A stretch of DNA of 64,000 nucleotides from a virus (Duplodnaviria; Caudoviricetes). The DNA lies in the IMG/VR virus record IMGVR_UViG_3300020440_000010, positions 18,573-82,572 of that record; one strand, 5' to 3'. Below the pieces are notes generated by a model. It searched no databases, was not told the DNA's origin, and worked only from the letters and a program-made list of their open reading frames with translations. A program made the position numbers and the translations under genes. Shown here piece after piece: positions 47,286 to 57,453 of this stretch (position 1 is the stretch's first letter; the number at the start of each line of letters is the position of its first letter).

Positions 47286-49034
47286 ATGGCAGACAATTAT
47301 ATTACCAATTACAACGGGTCTATAAGTGCTTTATCGCAGAACCTAGACGTTAACGGACAGAATATACAAGGTGCTGAAGTAAGCATTAGAACCAACGCCA
47401 GTAATGGTGATATTATAATTCAGCCTAACGGAACTGGTGATGTTATTATCAACGGTTTTAAGTTTCCTAGAACAGATGGCAATCAGTTTGAATTTTTACA
47501 AACAGATGGCAGTGGTAACCTAGCATTTAATAGAACACCAGTAGGTGGTGGTGGTAGTGGAAGTGGCAATTACTACTGGCAAATAGCCGCAGATGATTCC
47601 ACAGCAATACCTGTGTTGAGCGATAACATTATTAAATTTATAGGTGGAGATGGTATTACAACTGCTACAGATCAAGATGGTAATTTAACACTCAATCAAG
47701 CACCGCAGAATTTTTCCGTTACAGGTGAAGCATCAGCATCAGCAGTATCATACAATGGTACAGGTGCAGTAGCATTAAACGTAACACTGGATCATAATGC
47801 ACTTGATGATCAATACCTTAGACTAGATGGCACAACACAACCAGCCGGAGCAATTAATTTTAATTCACAAAATATTACAAACGGTGGAACATTTACAGCC
47901 TCTAGTTTTGTAGGAGCACTTACAGGTAATGTACAAGGTGATGTTACAGGTGATGTCACTGGCAATGTAAGTGGTACAGCCGGTGCAGTTGATTTTCCTA
48001 ATGTCACAAACAAGCCTACCACAGTTGCAGGCTATGGAATTACAGATGCACTTGCACTATCCAGTCTAAGTGTAGGAGCAGATGCTTCTGCAAGTGGCAG
48101 TGGTGGAATAGCATTTAATGACTCAAGCGGAGTGTTCACTTATACTCCACCTGATTTATCAAGTTATCTTACTGCTGAATCAGATACTTTGGATTTGGTT
48201 ACAGACAGAGGTGCAACAACCACTAACAACATAACAGTTGGAAGTGTTACAACAACTGGAACAAATACACTTGTTGGTACTGAAATTAAAATTGTTGGTA
48301 ATAAAATCGAAACTATTAATTCAAATTCCAACATAAATTTAGAACCTGCAGGCACTGGTGTTGTAGAAATTACAAGCGGTGTTACTGTTCCTGACACAAA
48401 AACTGTTGTATTTGGTAATGGTAATTCAATAGCAAGTAATGGTACTGGTGTACTTGAAACATCCACAACAACAAATAGAATTAAAGCAGATACATTTGAA
48501 GTTAAGAACAGTGCAAATGATGAAACACTATTAACGGCGGCAAACGCAGGTCCTGTTACACTGTATTATGATAACAGTTCTAAACTTAACACAACTAACA
48601 CTGGGGTAAACATTGGTGGTGGAATCACAGTGCAAAATGATGTTGAAGCAACAGGAAATTTAGGTAGTGCAAATCTTACAAGTGGCAGAGTTACTTTTGC
48701 AACCACAGGAGGAGTACTTACTGATAATGCTAAACTTACATTTAATGGAGCAACACTAGATATCAATGGCTCTGTAGATGCAACTGTATTTTTGACAGAA
48801 GGTCTTAGAATTACTCAAAATGATATTTCAAGCACACGATCAAACGAACCTTTAACTATTGCGGCAAATGGTACAGGTAATGTGCAAATTGATGATCCTA
48901 CAATAATTGGTGCTACACTACAGACAACTGTAGGAGGTGATGGCGGAGGTAGTGGACTACCTGCAACGCCTGTAACATATTTAAGAATTAGTATTAACGG
49001 AACAGAATACAAAATTCCGCTATACAACACGTAA
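47286..49034 (+). CDS. Tail-fibre-like virion protein
   Basis: T/G/N/S-rich; shares AADDS and TL..VTDRG.TT.NNITV modules with 28389..30821. Confidence 0.7.
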   Translation: MADNYITNYNGSISALSQNLDVNGQNIQGAEVSIRTNASNGDIIIQPNGTGDVIINGFKFPRTDGNQFEFLQTDGSGNLAFNRTPVGGGGSGSGNYYWQIAADDSTAIPVLSDNIIKFIGGDGITTATDQDGNLTLNQAPQNFSVTGEASASAVSYNGTGAVALNVTLDHNALDDQYLRLDGTTQPAGAINFNSQNITNGGTFTASSFVGALTGNVQGDVTGDVTGNVSGTAGAVDFPNVTNKPTTVAGYGITDALALSSLSVGADASASGSGGIAFNDSSGVFTYTPPDLSSYLTAESDTLDLVTDRGATTTNNITVGSVTTTGTNTLVGTEIKIVGNKIETINSNSNINLEPAGTGVVEITSGVTVPDTKTVVFGNGNSIASNGTGVLETSTTTNRIKADTFEVKNSANDETLLTAANAGPVTLYYDNSSKLNTTNTGVNIGGGITVQNDVEATGNLGSANLTSGRVTFATTGGVLTDNAKLTFNGATLDINGSVDATVFLTEGLRITQNDISSTRSNEPLTIAANGTGNVQIDDPTIIGATLQTTVGGDGGGSGLPATPVTYLRISINGTEYKIPLYNT

Positions 49035-49043
49035 GGATAGAAC

Positions 49044-49550
49044 ATGACAGACTTTATACAAAATGTAAATTTAAGTTGGGATAGCACAGATACAAGTCCT
49101 GTTCTTGCAGGTGACTTAGATGTCAATGGTAATAATATTGTAAGCATTAACAACGGTGATATAAATTTAGTTCCAGATGGCAGTGGCAGAATAATTTTAG
49201 ACACTGTAAAAGTTGAAGGTAATACTTTAAGTACAGTCAACGGACAAGCATTAAACTTTAATGACAATGTTACATTTGCAGGCGACGTAACTGTAACTGG
49301 TGCTTTTGAAGCCACAACATCAGGTACTCCTACTTTAGAAAGTGTTGGAGATATTAACATAGAACCAGCAGGAAAATTAGTAGTGGATGCACCTATAGTT
49401 TTAAAAAGTTATACAGTAGCACAACTTCAAGTGCTAGGTTCAACAGCAGGTGCAATAGCATACGCAACAGATGAAAGTGGAGGTGCTCAGCCTTGTTTCT
49501 TTGATGGAACAAACTGGCGTAGATTTACTGATAGAGTTGTAATTTCCTAG
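49044..49550 (+). CDS. Short tail-fibre-like protein
   Basis: DTSPVLAGDLDVNG; C-terminal A.A.DE.GG..P.F.DG.NWR. Confidence 0.65.
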   Translation: MTDFIQNVNLSWDSTDTSPVLAGDLDVNGNNIVSINNGDINLVPDGSGRIILDTVKVEGNTLSTVNGQALNFNDNVTFAGDVTVTGAFEATTSGTPTLESVGDINIEPAGKLVVDAPIVLKSYTVAQLQVLGSTAGAIAYATDESGGAQPCFFDGTNWRRFTDRVVIS

Positions 49551-49558
49551 GAGATAAA

Positions 49559-51220
49559 ATGTCTGAAAAACAATATCAGGTAGCAGTTGAACAAGACCAC
49601 GTAGCAGATGTAGATGCTGAATTAAGAAGAAGCAGTGGCAGTAGCACTATTCCAAACAGAAGTGTAGATGTTGCAGATGCGAGAACAAACAGCAAAAGAA
49701 TTACTCACTATGCCCTTACTGCCGAAGAAGCAGAAAAACTAAGACAAGATCCTAGAGTAAAAGGCGTTGAACTTACCAAAGAAGAACGCGAGGCTGTGCC
49801 TTTGGAACAGCGTGGTGACCAGAGAGATACTAATATATTTGACACACTTGATTATGATTTAGGTCAAGGTGACTTTGATAAAACTGTAGACAGTGGCACA
49901 GATTTGAATTGGGGATTTATGCGTCACACTCGCAGACTTGATCCTTGGAATGGAGCAGGTGGTACTGTAACTACAAACCACAGAAGTGCAATAGATGGCA
50001 CAGGTGTTGATATTGTAATATCAGATGACGGCAGTGAAACTGGACATCCTGAATGGCTATCAGAAGATGGTAGCACATCAAGATTTCAACAGATAGATTG
50101 GTATGCAGGTGCAGGCGTTTCAGGAACAATGCCCACTAATTTCTATGACGTAACATCAGGTCATGGTGCTCACGTAATGGGAACAGCAGGTGGACTATAC
50201 CACGGTTGGGCCAAAGGTGCTCATCTTTACAGTATGAAAACTTTAGACAGTGGTGCAATTAGTCCTAGTGCAAGTACTAGTTCTTTTGATCTAATTAGAT
50301 TATGGCATAAAAATAAACCAGTAGATCCTGAAACAGGATTTAAAAGACCAACAGTAGTAAATGCAAGTTGGGGTAGTTTGTTTGGTATGGGTCAATCTAG
50401 CAATACATGGAATCTTAATTATAGAGGAACAAATTACACTAATCAAACTGTTGGTGGCAACATATATGGCTTTGTGGGAAGATATAGATCAGACTTTGGT
50501 CAATTTGTTCATCCTTACAGCAATCCTATATACGAAACTGAAATCGAAGATATGCAAGATGAAGGAGTACATTTTGTTACTTCTGCAGGAAACTATCAGA
50601 GTTATATAGCCGCCGTAGGAGATCAAGATTACAATAACCAAACAACTTCACCTTTTTCATACTTTTATCATAGAGGTGGATTGGGTGGCACTTTATCTAA
50701 TGCAATCACAGTTGGAAACATTAACAACAACAACGGTGGCGGAGGTGCAAGTTCTACTGAAGAAACAAAAGCAGACAGTTCTGAATGTGGTCCAGGAGTT
50801 ACTATATGGGCGGCCGGTACTAGTATTATTAGTGCAGGATTTCAAGAAGCATCTTTTGGAAATACTTACACCTATGGTTATAGTGGAAACAGTGGAAATA
50901 CATATGGAAGTTTAGTTATAAGTGGAACTAGCATGGCATCACCACAAGTGTGTGGAGCATTGGCTTGTTACTTACAAACTAATCCAGGTGCAACACCACA
51001 GCAGGGCAGAGAATGGTTGGAAGAACAAGCAACTAGAGGTTTATTATATTACACATCTCAGACTGATTATAGAAACAGTTATAATTGTGCTGACCCTGAT
51101 AGAAGAATACTTTACATTCCTTATTGGAACAAACATATTAGAAGGCTAAACAATAAAGAAGCCTTTACAAAAAGCACCGTAAAAATGACCGGTGTTGGAC
51201 TTAAATTTAAAAAGAACTAG
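49559..51220 (+). CDS. Subtilisin-like serine protease (S8)
   Basis: VDIVISDDG (Asp), GHGAHVMGTAGG (His), SAGN, SGTSMASPQVCG (Ser); N-terminal prodomain. Confidence 0.92.
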   Translation: MSEKQYQVAVEQDHVADVDAELRRSSGSSTIPNRSVDVADARTNSKRITHYALTAEEAEKLRQDPRVKGVELTKEEREAVPLEQRGDQRDTNIFDTLDYDLGQGDFDKTVDSGTDLNWGFMRHTRRLDPWNGAGGTVTTNHRSAIDGTGVDIVISDDGSETGHPEWLSEDGSTSRFQQIDWYAGAGVSGTMPTNFYDVTSGHGAHVMGTAGGLYHGWAKGAHLYSMKTLDSGAISPSASTSSFDLIRLWHKNKPVDPETGFKRPTVVNASWGSLFGMGQSSNTWNLNYRGTNYTNQTVGGNIYGFVGRYRSDFGQFVHPYSNPIYETEIEDMQDEGVHFVTSAGNYQSYIAAVGDQDYNNQTTSPFSYFYHRGGLGGTLSNAITVGNINNNNGGGGASSTEETKADSSECGPGVTIWAAGTSIISAGFQEASFGNTYTYGYSGNSGNTYGSLVISGTSMASPQVCGALACYLQTNPGATPQQGREWLEEQATRGLLYYTSQTDYRNSYNCADPDRRILYIPYWNKHIRRLNNKEAFTKSTVKMTGVGLKFKKN

Positions 51221-51474
51221 TATACGTATAAAATATTATATTTCTTAATCTTAGCAATTAAGTTAGTTCTTCCAATGCCTAGTATTTTTGCGGCATGGGT
51301 TCGATTGCCATTAGCAGTGTCTAACGCATTATGTATTCTTGCTTTTTCAAGACTTTCTACTTCTGAAGGCAAAGATTCATCATTTTTGAATTGTTGGTCA
51401 AACCATAGGGTATCAAAAAAGTCGAAAAATTCTGTCTGTTCTTTGAAATTTGTATCAGTATCTATATGTTTCAT
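51217..51474 (-). CDS. Fis/NtrC-type HTH protein
   Basis: RIHNALDTANGNRTHAAKILGIGRTNL..KIKKY. Confidence 0.85.
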   Translation of the reverse strand: MKHIDTDTNFKEQTEFFDFFDTLWFDQQFKNDESLPSEVESLEKARIHNALDTANGNRTHAAKILGIGRTNLIAKIKKYNILYVY

Positions 51475-51719
51475 ATCTGTATTGCTTCTCCTCTAGGTAG
51501 GTAATTAGGCATATTTCTTTCAGGAACACAGTAAACCATCTCGATTGGTCTAGTGCCATAGTTTCGCTGAACATTTACGATTATAGATTCTGGATTTTCC
51601 CGTGCCCATACTTGACATTTTTCAATGCTTTCGAATTCGGGTTCAGTAAAGATAAACAAGTCTCTTTCACCGTTAGGTCCTGCGCCTAGCATCAGTACCA
51701 CCAATAAAGTTTTTAACAT
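51471..51719 (-). CDS. Small secreted/membrane protein
   Basis: N-terminal hydrophobic helix, AGGAG SD. Confidence 0.65.
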   Translation of the reverse strand: MLKTLLVVLMLGAGPNGERDLFIFTEPEFESIEKCQVWARENPESIIVNVQRNYGTRPIEMVYCVPERNMPNYLPRGEAIQI

Positions 51720-51864
51720 TTACTCTCTCCTATTATGTACGTATATTATTTATTAAAAAACTAGAATGCACACATTAAGTGGACAATATAATACATAGGT
51801 GTAAATATTTTTACACTAAATGATAAATATCTATAGTTAACTAATCGAGCAAGGGTAAAGAAAT

Positions 51865-52416
51865 ATGAGAGAATTGAAGATTATTCTGATAGCGGCTCTT
51901 AGCATTTTTATGGTTGAAACCGCATTCGCTGAAACAAACACTGTAACTTCAACTGTTACAGGAACAACTACGGTTGATAAAACACCACCAACTGCCTCTG
52001 CTCCTAACGTAATGATTAACAATCAGGATGTGTGTTCAACAGGAACCAGTGCCGCAGTACAAACACAGGTATTTGGTATTGCAGGTGGAACAACTATACG
52101 AGATCTAAACTGTGAAAGATTAAAATTATCCAGATCATTATATGGTATGGGTATGAAGGTTGCCGCAGTATCCTTATTATGCCAAGATGCACGAGTATTT
52201 GAAGCAATGGAAATGGCAGGAACACCTTGTCCGTACAAAGGTAAAATTGGTATTGAGGCGGCTAAGGCTTGGGCAGAAAATCCAGAGAAACGTCCTGACT
52301 ATGAGAAATGGTTAAAAGAAAATGATCTTGAAGCATACGAAAAAGAATGGAAAAATAAAGCGACTACTTGGGCAACTGGCCTTGGCGCTCTTGGTTTCCT
52401 TTTATTCCTACTCTAG
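51865..52416 (+). CDS. Exported protein with C-terminal TM (4 Cys)
   Basis: Signal peptide AFA; DLNCERLKLSRSL...KVAAVSLLCQD. Confidence 0.75.
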   Translation: MRELKIILIAALSIFMVETAFAETNTVTSTVTGTTTVDKTPPTASAPNVMINNQDVCSTGTSAAVQTQVFGIAGGTTIRDLNCERLKLSRSLYGMGMKVAAVSLLCQDARVFEAMEMAGTPCPYKGKIGIEAAKAWAENPEKRPDYEKWLKENDLEAYEKEWKNKATTWATGLGALGFLLFLL

Positions 52417-54358
52417 TTTAGCATACGATCAACAGTATCAAGTAGGTGATACAGGACCTAACGGTGGTACAGTAACATCTGTTGATGTAACATCTGCTAT
52501 TACAGGAACTGAAGTTACTCTCAATGGTGGCTTTGAAGATACAACTACAACAACTCAGTATACCGAAACAGTAATAGAACAAATATCAACTTCTGAAACA
52601 ACTACACAGACTACAACACAATTAGTTTCTACAACAACTTCAAACTTTGCACCAACTATTAATAGTGCAAGTAATGCCGCAGGAGATTGGTCAACTGAAG
52701 GTAGAATAAAGTTACAAGGCGAATCACAATGTGGAACAGGTGGATCAAGTGCAACTGTTGGTGCAGGTCAAGCCTGTACAGGTTACCAACACAGTAATAG
52801 TAACAGTCTTGTAGCAAATACCAATAATCATAACTTCACGGCATTGGGTGGAGGTACTATTACTACCCCTCTGGGCGAATTGACTCTAGATATGACTGTC
52901 GCGGAGATACAAGCAGGGTTTACATTGAACCATGGTGTTGATGTACAATCACATAGGTCAAACCTAACTGTGCCTTTGTGTTCAGCAACCACTACTGACT
53001 GTAAGGACGTATTTAGAATCACTACAAAACTTAGAAGTGGTTGCGGCGGTAACGGCTGTACGGTGATTGGTGAATATTCAAATAGTGTAACACTAGATTA
53101 CAGTGGCACACAAACACATTCGTTTAGTCATAATATTGGACCAAACAACTACACAGAGATATGGGGAGAGATGGAACTGTGGGGAGTTGACGCAGGATAC
53201 CACTCAGGTTTTTATGGTCCTGTGTTTAGCGATCCTTTCATGACACTAACATATGATGCTATAACAACTATTACACAAGAGATAACAAACATTATATTAA
53301 GTAACCAAGAAACAGTTTACAATACAAGTGAGTCAGTACTTACAAGTGTTTACATAGGTGATCCTATTGCTGATACTATTGTAGTTGAGCCTATTGACTA
53401 TACAGAAGTAGATTCATTTGAAATAGAAATAGTAGACAGTAATGGCGGCGGTATTGAATTAGAATTTACAGTTGAAGTAGACGAAACAGCCAATGTAGCA
53501 ACTGTAGAAATGAGTTCAACAAACTTAGATACAGGCGTTGTTCAGGTAGAAAGCATAGCAGAAATTAGTTTAGACTTCGAAATGGATACAGGCGCAACTG
53601 AAATGCCAGAGATTACTGTTGCAGAAATTGAAGCAGACATTGGATCACAGATTGATAGTGCTGTTGCCGATGCTGTTGCAGAAATAGAAATAGATGTAGG
53701 CCCAACTGAAAACATAGAAGTAGCAAGTGTAAATACTAGTGAAGGAAATACTGATGGGCCAGAATCGACACAGGAAGTTTCCGAAACAGAAAGTTCAAGC
53801 ACCTCAGAGTCAACAGTGGAGGCGGAGAACGTACAAGAGTCCAGTGAAAATGCTGAACAGCCAGTGGAGGAAAGTGGAAGTGAATCAGAAGGGTCAGACA
53901 GTGGAGACACTGATTCTGGAGAGAATACCAGTGGGGCAGAAACCAAATCCGAAGCCGGAGATAAAGAAGGTGGAGATAGTAACAAAGACTCTTCCAGCGG
54001 AAAAAAGTCTAAAGGAAAAGGAGGCTCTACTAAATCAAAACAAGAACAAAAAAGAGAGTACGTTGAAAAGAAGATCGCAGAGTCCAAGCAGAAGATCGCA
54101 ACTAGAATCCTCGCCGCAATGGCAGACACGTACAGTGCGATAAACGAAACTACTAAAATTGCACTAATGCAAAGCCTAGCAGATCAGGATAATTTTAACA
54201 AATATATAGCACAAAAGAACGCAGATTTGCCTAGTTGGTATGCAGATACACAAGTTTATCAAGATATGCCACAATTACTAGACCCTGCATCTGTGCTTTA
54301 TAATATGGCACAAGACAAGATCATGGAAGAAATGATCATGCAACAATACAAAGAGTAG
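52322..54358 (+). CDS. Large exported acidic/Thr-rich protein (exact start uncertain)
   Basis: Signal-like KRLLGQLALALLVSFYSYSSLA; E/S-rich linker. Confidence 0.7.
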   Translation: MILKHTKKNGKIKRLLGQLALALLVSFYSYSSLAYDQQYQVGDTGPNGGTVTSVDVTSAITGTEVTLNGGFEDTTTTTQYTETVIEQISTSETTTQTTTQLVSTTTSNFAPTINSASNAAGDWSTEGRIKLQGESQCGTGGSSATVGAGQACTGYQHSNSNSLVANTNNHNFTALGGGTITTPLGELTLDMTVAEIQAGFTLNHGVDVQSHRSNLTVPLCSATTTDCKDVFRITTKLRSGCGGNGCTVIGEYSNSVTLDYSGTQTHSFSHNIGPNNYTEIWGEMELWGVDAGYHSGFYGPVFSDPFMTLTYDAITTITQEITNIILSNQETVYNTSESVLTSVYIGDPIADTIVVEPIDYTEVDSFEIEIVDSNGGGIELEFTVEVDETANVATVEMSSTNLDTGVVQVESIAEISLDFEMDTGATEMPEITVAEIEADIGSQIDSAVADAVAEIEIDVGPTENIEVASVNTSEGNTDGPESTQEVSETESSSTSESTVEAENVQESSENAEQPVEESGSESEGSDSGDTDSGENTSGAETKSEAGDKEGGDSNKDSSSGKKSKGKGGSTKSKQEQKREYVEKKIAESKQKIATRILAAMADTYSAINETTKIALMQSLADQDNFNKYIAQKNADLPSWYADTQVYQDMPQLLDPASVLYNMAQDKIMEEMIMQQYKE

Positions 54359-54381
54359 TATAAATACAATAGGAGAACATT

Positions 54382-54852
54382 ATGGCAGAAATAGAATATA
54401 AAGGTATTAAAATAGGTGGTAGCAAACTATTATTAGTTCTACCTTTGATAGGTACAATAATGGGTGGACTATGGGGAGGTTTTGAACTGTTTAGCAGATA
54501 CCAAGCCATGGAAGCCAAAATAGATTCTTATGTTGCTCCAGACCTAAGTGGCTTTGATAAGCGCCTTGCAGTGATTGAAGAAGAAATTACATTCATGAAA
54601 GAAGAACTAGAACTTGTTGTAGGAGTTACTAGAGATCTTAAAGGTGACATGAAAGGCGATATTAGAAGAATTGAAACTATTGTTGAAGATACAGAAACAA
54701 AAGTAAAAGAAGACTCAAGAGAACTTAATAGAGATATAAATGATGCTATTAAAACTATCAAGCAAGATATGAAAGAACTTGATGAAAAGATTAGCAAACA
54801 AATTAAAAAGGCTCTTGAAAATCCGTTAGCCGACATGGCAACAAGCAAATAA
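54382..54852 (+). CDS. N-terminally anchored coiled-coil protein
   Basis: TM then heptad-rich region; TATAAATA promoter. Confidence 0.75.
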   Translation: MAEIEYKGIKIGGSKLLLVLPLIGTIMGGLWGGFELFSRYQAMEAKIDSYVAPDLSGFDKRLAVIEEEITFMKEELELVVGVTRDLKGDMKGDIRRIETIVEDTETKVKEDSRELNRDINDAIKTIKQDMKELDEKISKQIKKALENPLADMATSK

Positions 54853-54861
54853 GGAGTAGAT

Positions 54862-55122
54862 ATGTCAGAAAAAATAATCAAAGTAGAAAAAGTTGCTAGA
54901 GTTGAAGATGAAGGTTGGGTAGAATCTAAAGCAGAACGCAAAAAAGTAGAAGCAGGTGAAGTTACATTACCTGATGGTATTAACCCTACAGAAATTGCAG
55001 AAAGCAAAGATGTTTCTGAACCTGATAATTTACATCAGCCAACAGATGCAAACGGTGAACCGTTACCAATTTCTGCTTCTAAACTTCCAAAAAATTATAC
55101 TAACAGTAAAGTTAAAAAGTAA
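54862..55122 (+). CDS. Hypothetical acidic protein
   Basis: AGGAG SD. Confidence 0.6.
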   Translation: MSEKIIKVEKVARVEDEGWVESKAERKKVEAGEVTLPDGINPTEIAESKDVSEPDNLHQPTDANGEPLPISASKLPKNYTNSKVKK

Positions 55123-55454
55123 TACGTAGCAAAGTGTAAACTTTGATCAGCGGATTGCAAGGCCCAAAAAGTCTTATGTTGTGTTGTAATTTCAAACTTC
55201 TTAATCACAGATGTTTTGGCAAAATCAATATGCCAATGTGCTATATGATCAATTAAGCATAGCACAATAGCAAATTGTAAATCAACAAAAAATAAAGCAA
55301 TAAGCAAAGTCAATACACTATGGTGTAGATAGTGTGTTTGACTGTATAAATCTAAATATTTTTGCTTGTTGGCACCACTTACAAAATACCTCTGTAGCAT
55401 TAAATCTGCAACCGTGTGTTTTAACAGTAGCAGAAAAAAGAACAGTAAGTACAT
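55095..55454 (-). CDS. DUF3307-like membrane protein
   Basis: KH..ADL.LQ...H..HH...H..HWHID..K...DQ.LH. Confidence 0.75.
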   Translation of the reverse strand: MYLLFFFLLLLKHTVADLMLQRYFVSGANKQKYLDLYSQTHYLHHSVLTLLIALFFVDLQFAIVLCLIDHIAHWHIDFAKTSVIKKFEITTQHKTFWALQSADQSLHFATYYFLTLLLV

Positions 55455-55563
55455 TTGATAATCTCGCTCGACGGGGTATCCACTTTTATTTACCAAAAAA
55501 ATTATTTTTGAGTTGACACACATCAACTTAGGTGTTATTATGAGTATAATGTTTTGGAGCAAA

Positions 55564-55640
55564 CCGCTCGTAGCACAACTGGATAGAGCAACGGCCTTCT
55601 AAGCCGTAGGTTGCAGGTTCGAGTCCTGCCGAGCGGGCCA
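55564..55640 (+). tRNA. tRNA-Arg(TCT)
   Basis: CCGCTCG/CGAGCGG, loop CT-TCT-AA, encoded CCA. Confidence 0.93.
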
Positions 55641-55703
55641 AAACACAATGAGCATCTGTATATTTGACATTGTATAAATATACGTATATTATTATAAGGA
55701 CAT

Positions 55704-56264
55704 ATGAAAAGATTTGAAAATTTTACAGCAGATGACAGAATAGACGTTTCGCTTTTAGAAAACGATATACATTATTTGACTGGAGATATAGCAGAAGAAA
55801 ATATTGGTAATGCTATTAAATGGATTGTTAGTGCTAATTTAACCAAGAAACCAAAACGTACTTTAGAATTATATATTAACAGCACAGGTGGTGATTTGTA
55901 CCAAGCATTTGCTTTGATTGATATAATGAAAGAAAGTTATCACACAATAAGCACTGTTGGAGTTGGAGCGGTAATGAGTGCCGCCTTTTTAATTTTTGTA
56001 AGTGGAAAACAGGGTTACAGATACATAGGAAAAAACACAGGTATAATGAACCATCAACATTCAGACGCTATGGAATCAAAGATGCATGACATGAGAAGTG
56101 CTATGAAAGAAAATGCAAACTGTGAACTAAGAAGTTTTAACATAATTAGAGAAGCCTGTGGAATGAGTTTGACCGATGTACGTAAAAAATTTAATGATAA
56201 AAGCGATCAATATTTTACGGCAAAACAATTAATTGATTTAAAACTAGCAGACGAGATTTTATAA
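55704..56264 (+). CDS. Divergent ClpP-family protease
   Basis: YINSTGG, AVMSAA (Ser), IMNHQ (His), DQYFTA (Asp). Confidence 0.85.
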   Translation: MKRFENFTADDRIDVSLLENDIHYLTGDIAEENIGNAIKWIVSANLTKKPKRTLELYINSTGGDLYQAFALIDIMKESYHTISTVGVGAVMSAAFLIFVSGKQGYRYIGKNTGIMNHQHSDAMESKMHDMRSAMKENANCELRSFNIIREACGMSLTDVRKKFNDKSDQYFTAKQLIDLKLADEIL

Positions 56265-56509
56265 TGCATTATGAATATGAAGATTACCGATCGAAGCCAC
56301 CTAAACCAGATCTTGGTCCGTGGTTAACTTATTCCATACCGGAGTATTTTGCAATTGATTACATTTTAAAAATGTTTTTTATTTTGTTTTTACTACCATA
56401 TCTTTTCGGATTTGTTTTTACTGTTATGGGATTTTTCTTAAATACTATTTTTGTTGACTATATCCTTTATTGGAGTTACAAACGAAAAATAGATCAAATG
56501 TGGAGTTAA
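56264..56509 (+). CDS. Small membrane protein
   Basis: Hydrophobic F/L-rich segments. Confidence 0.6.
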   Translation: MHYEYEDYRSKPPKPDLGPWLTYSIPEYFAIDYILKMFFILFLLPYLFGFVFTVMGFFLNTIFVDYILYWSYKRKIDQMWS

Positions 56510-56510
56510 T

Positions 56511-57002
56511 GTGCAAAAATTTAAAGACAATATAAACGAATTTTTTCGTTGGGTTAAAGGAACTGAATTAGTTGAACTAGACGATATAGATGTTTCTGAA
56601 GATCCTGTTAGACCAGAACTTACATTAGGTTGGAGAATAACCAATGGCAGAAAAATATTTGGTTTAAAGTTTGAGGAAGAGATTGAAGGAATTATTTGTG
56701 TGGCATTTACAAATGATATTCCCCACAGTGTTAAAGAACTAGACATGATGAGTGAACTTGCACATCTTAAAGATCAAAAGAATATTGCTATTGCATACAC
56801 TGTATGGAGTAGGAAAAAAGGTGCAGGAAAAGAGATAATTAATAAAGTAATTGAATACGCAAAGAAAAATGGTATTGAAAGAGTGATAACTTTATCTCCG
56901 TTGACTCCTATGGCAACACACTTTCATATTCGTAATGGAGCAAAGGTCATTAGCATTAACAGTACCACACAAAATTTTGAGTATAAGTTAGGAGAAAAAT
57001 AA
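56511..57002 (+). CDS. Possible GNAT-fold protein
   Basis: YTVWSRKKGAGKEII...A.....TLSP...A..FH.RNGA resembles acetyl-CoA-binding motifs. Confidence 0.45.
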   Translation: MQKFKDNINEFFRWVKGTELVELDDIDVSEDPVRPELTLGWRITNGRKIFGLKFEEEIEGIICVAFTNDIPHSVKELDMMSELAHLKDQKNIAIAYTVWSRKKGAGKEIINKVIEYAKKNGIERVITLSPLTPMATHFHIRNGAKVISINSTTQNFEYKLGEK

Positions 57003-57445
57003 TGCCTCTTAGATCATTTGGTTGTGAAGATTGTGAATTTGAGTGGGATGAACTGGTACCCATGGACGGTACCGCTGAAACTTGTCCAAACTGTGGTAAG
57101 ACAAATATAAAAACTATGATTACATCTGCTCCTGTTGTTAGAACACCAGAGTACGAATGGAGTTCGCACGATAAGAAAGAAATTCAAGTTAAAACTTTAA
57201 GTGATAGACACGCCACAGAAATGACTGTTGGATATGCACCTAAAGAAGACACTGCTATAAAAATACCCGGCAGTGATATCCAGCACTATGCTGAATATGA
57301 AAAATCTGTGTCAGTGCTACACAAAGAAGATTATGATCCTCGCGAACGCAATTATAAACAAAAAAAAGAAATTGAGAAAATAATGAAGGGTCCTAAAACC
57401 TTTAGTATGCCTTCATCTACTAAAACTTCACGTAAACCTAAGTAA
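57002..57445 (+). CDS. FmdB-like zinc-ribbon protein
   Basis: MP...F.CEDC...E.L........CPNCG. Confidence 0.75.
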   Translation: MPLRSFGCEDCEFEWDELVPMDGTAETCPNCGKTNIKTMITSAPVVRTPEYEWSSHDKKEIQVKTLSDRHATEMTVGYAPKEDTAIKIPGSDIQHYAEYEKSVSVLHKEDYDPRERNYKQKKEIEKIMKGPKTFSMPSSTKTSRKPK

Positions 57446-57453
57446 ATACAATC

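Noticed and set aside
53740-54060. Locally purine-rich, repetitive-looking DNA in the 678-aa gene
   Set aside because: It is explained by the low-complexity E/S/G/K linker of the encoded protein.
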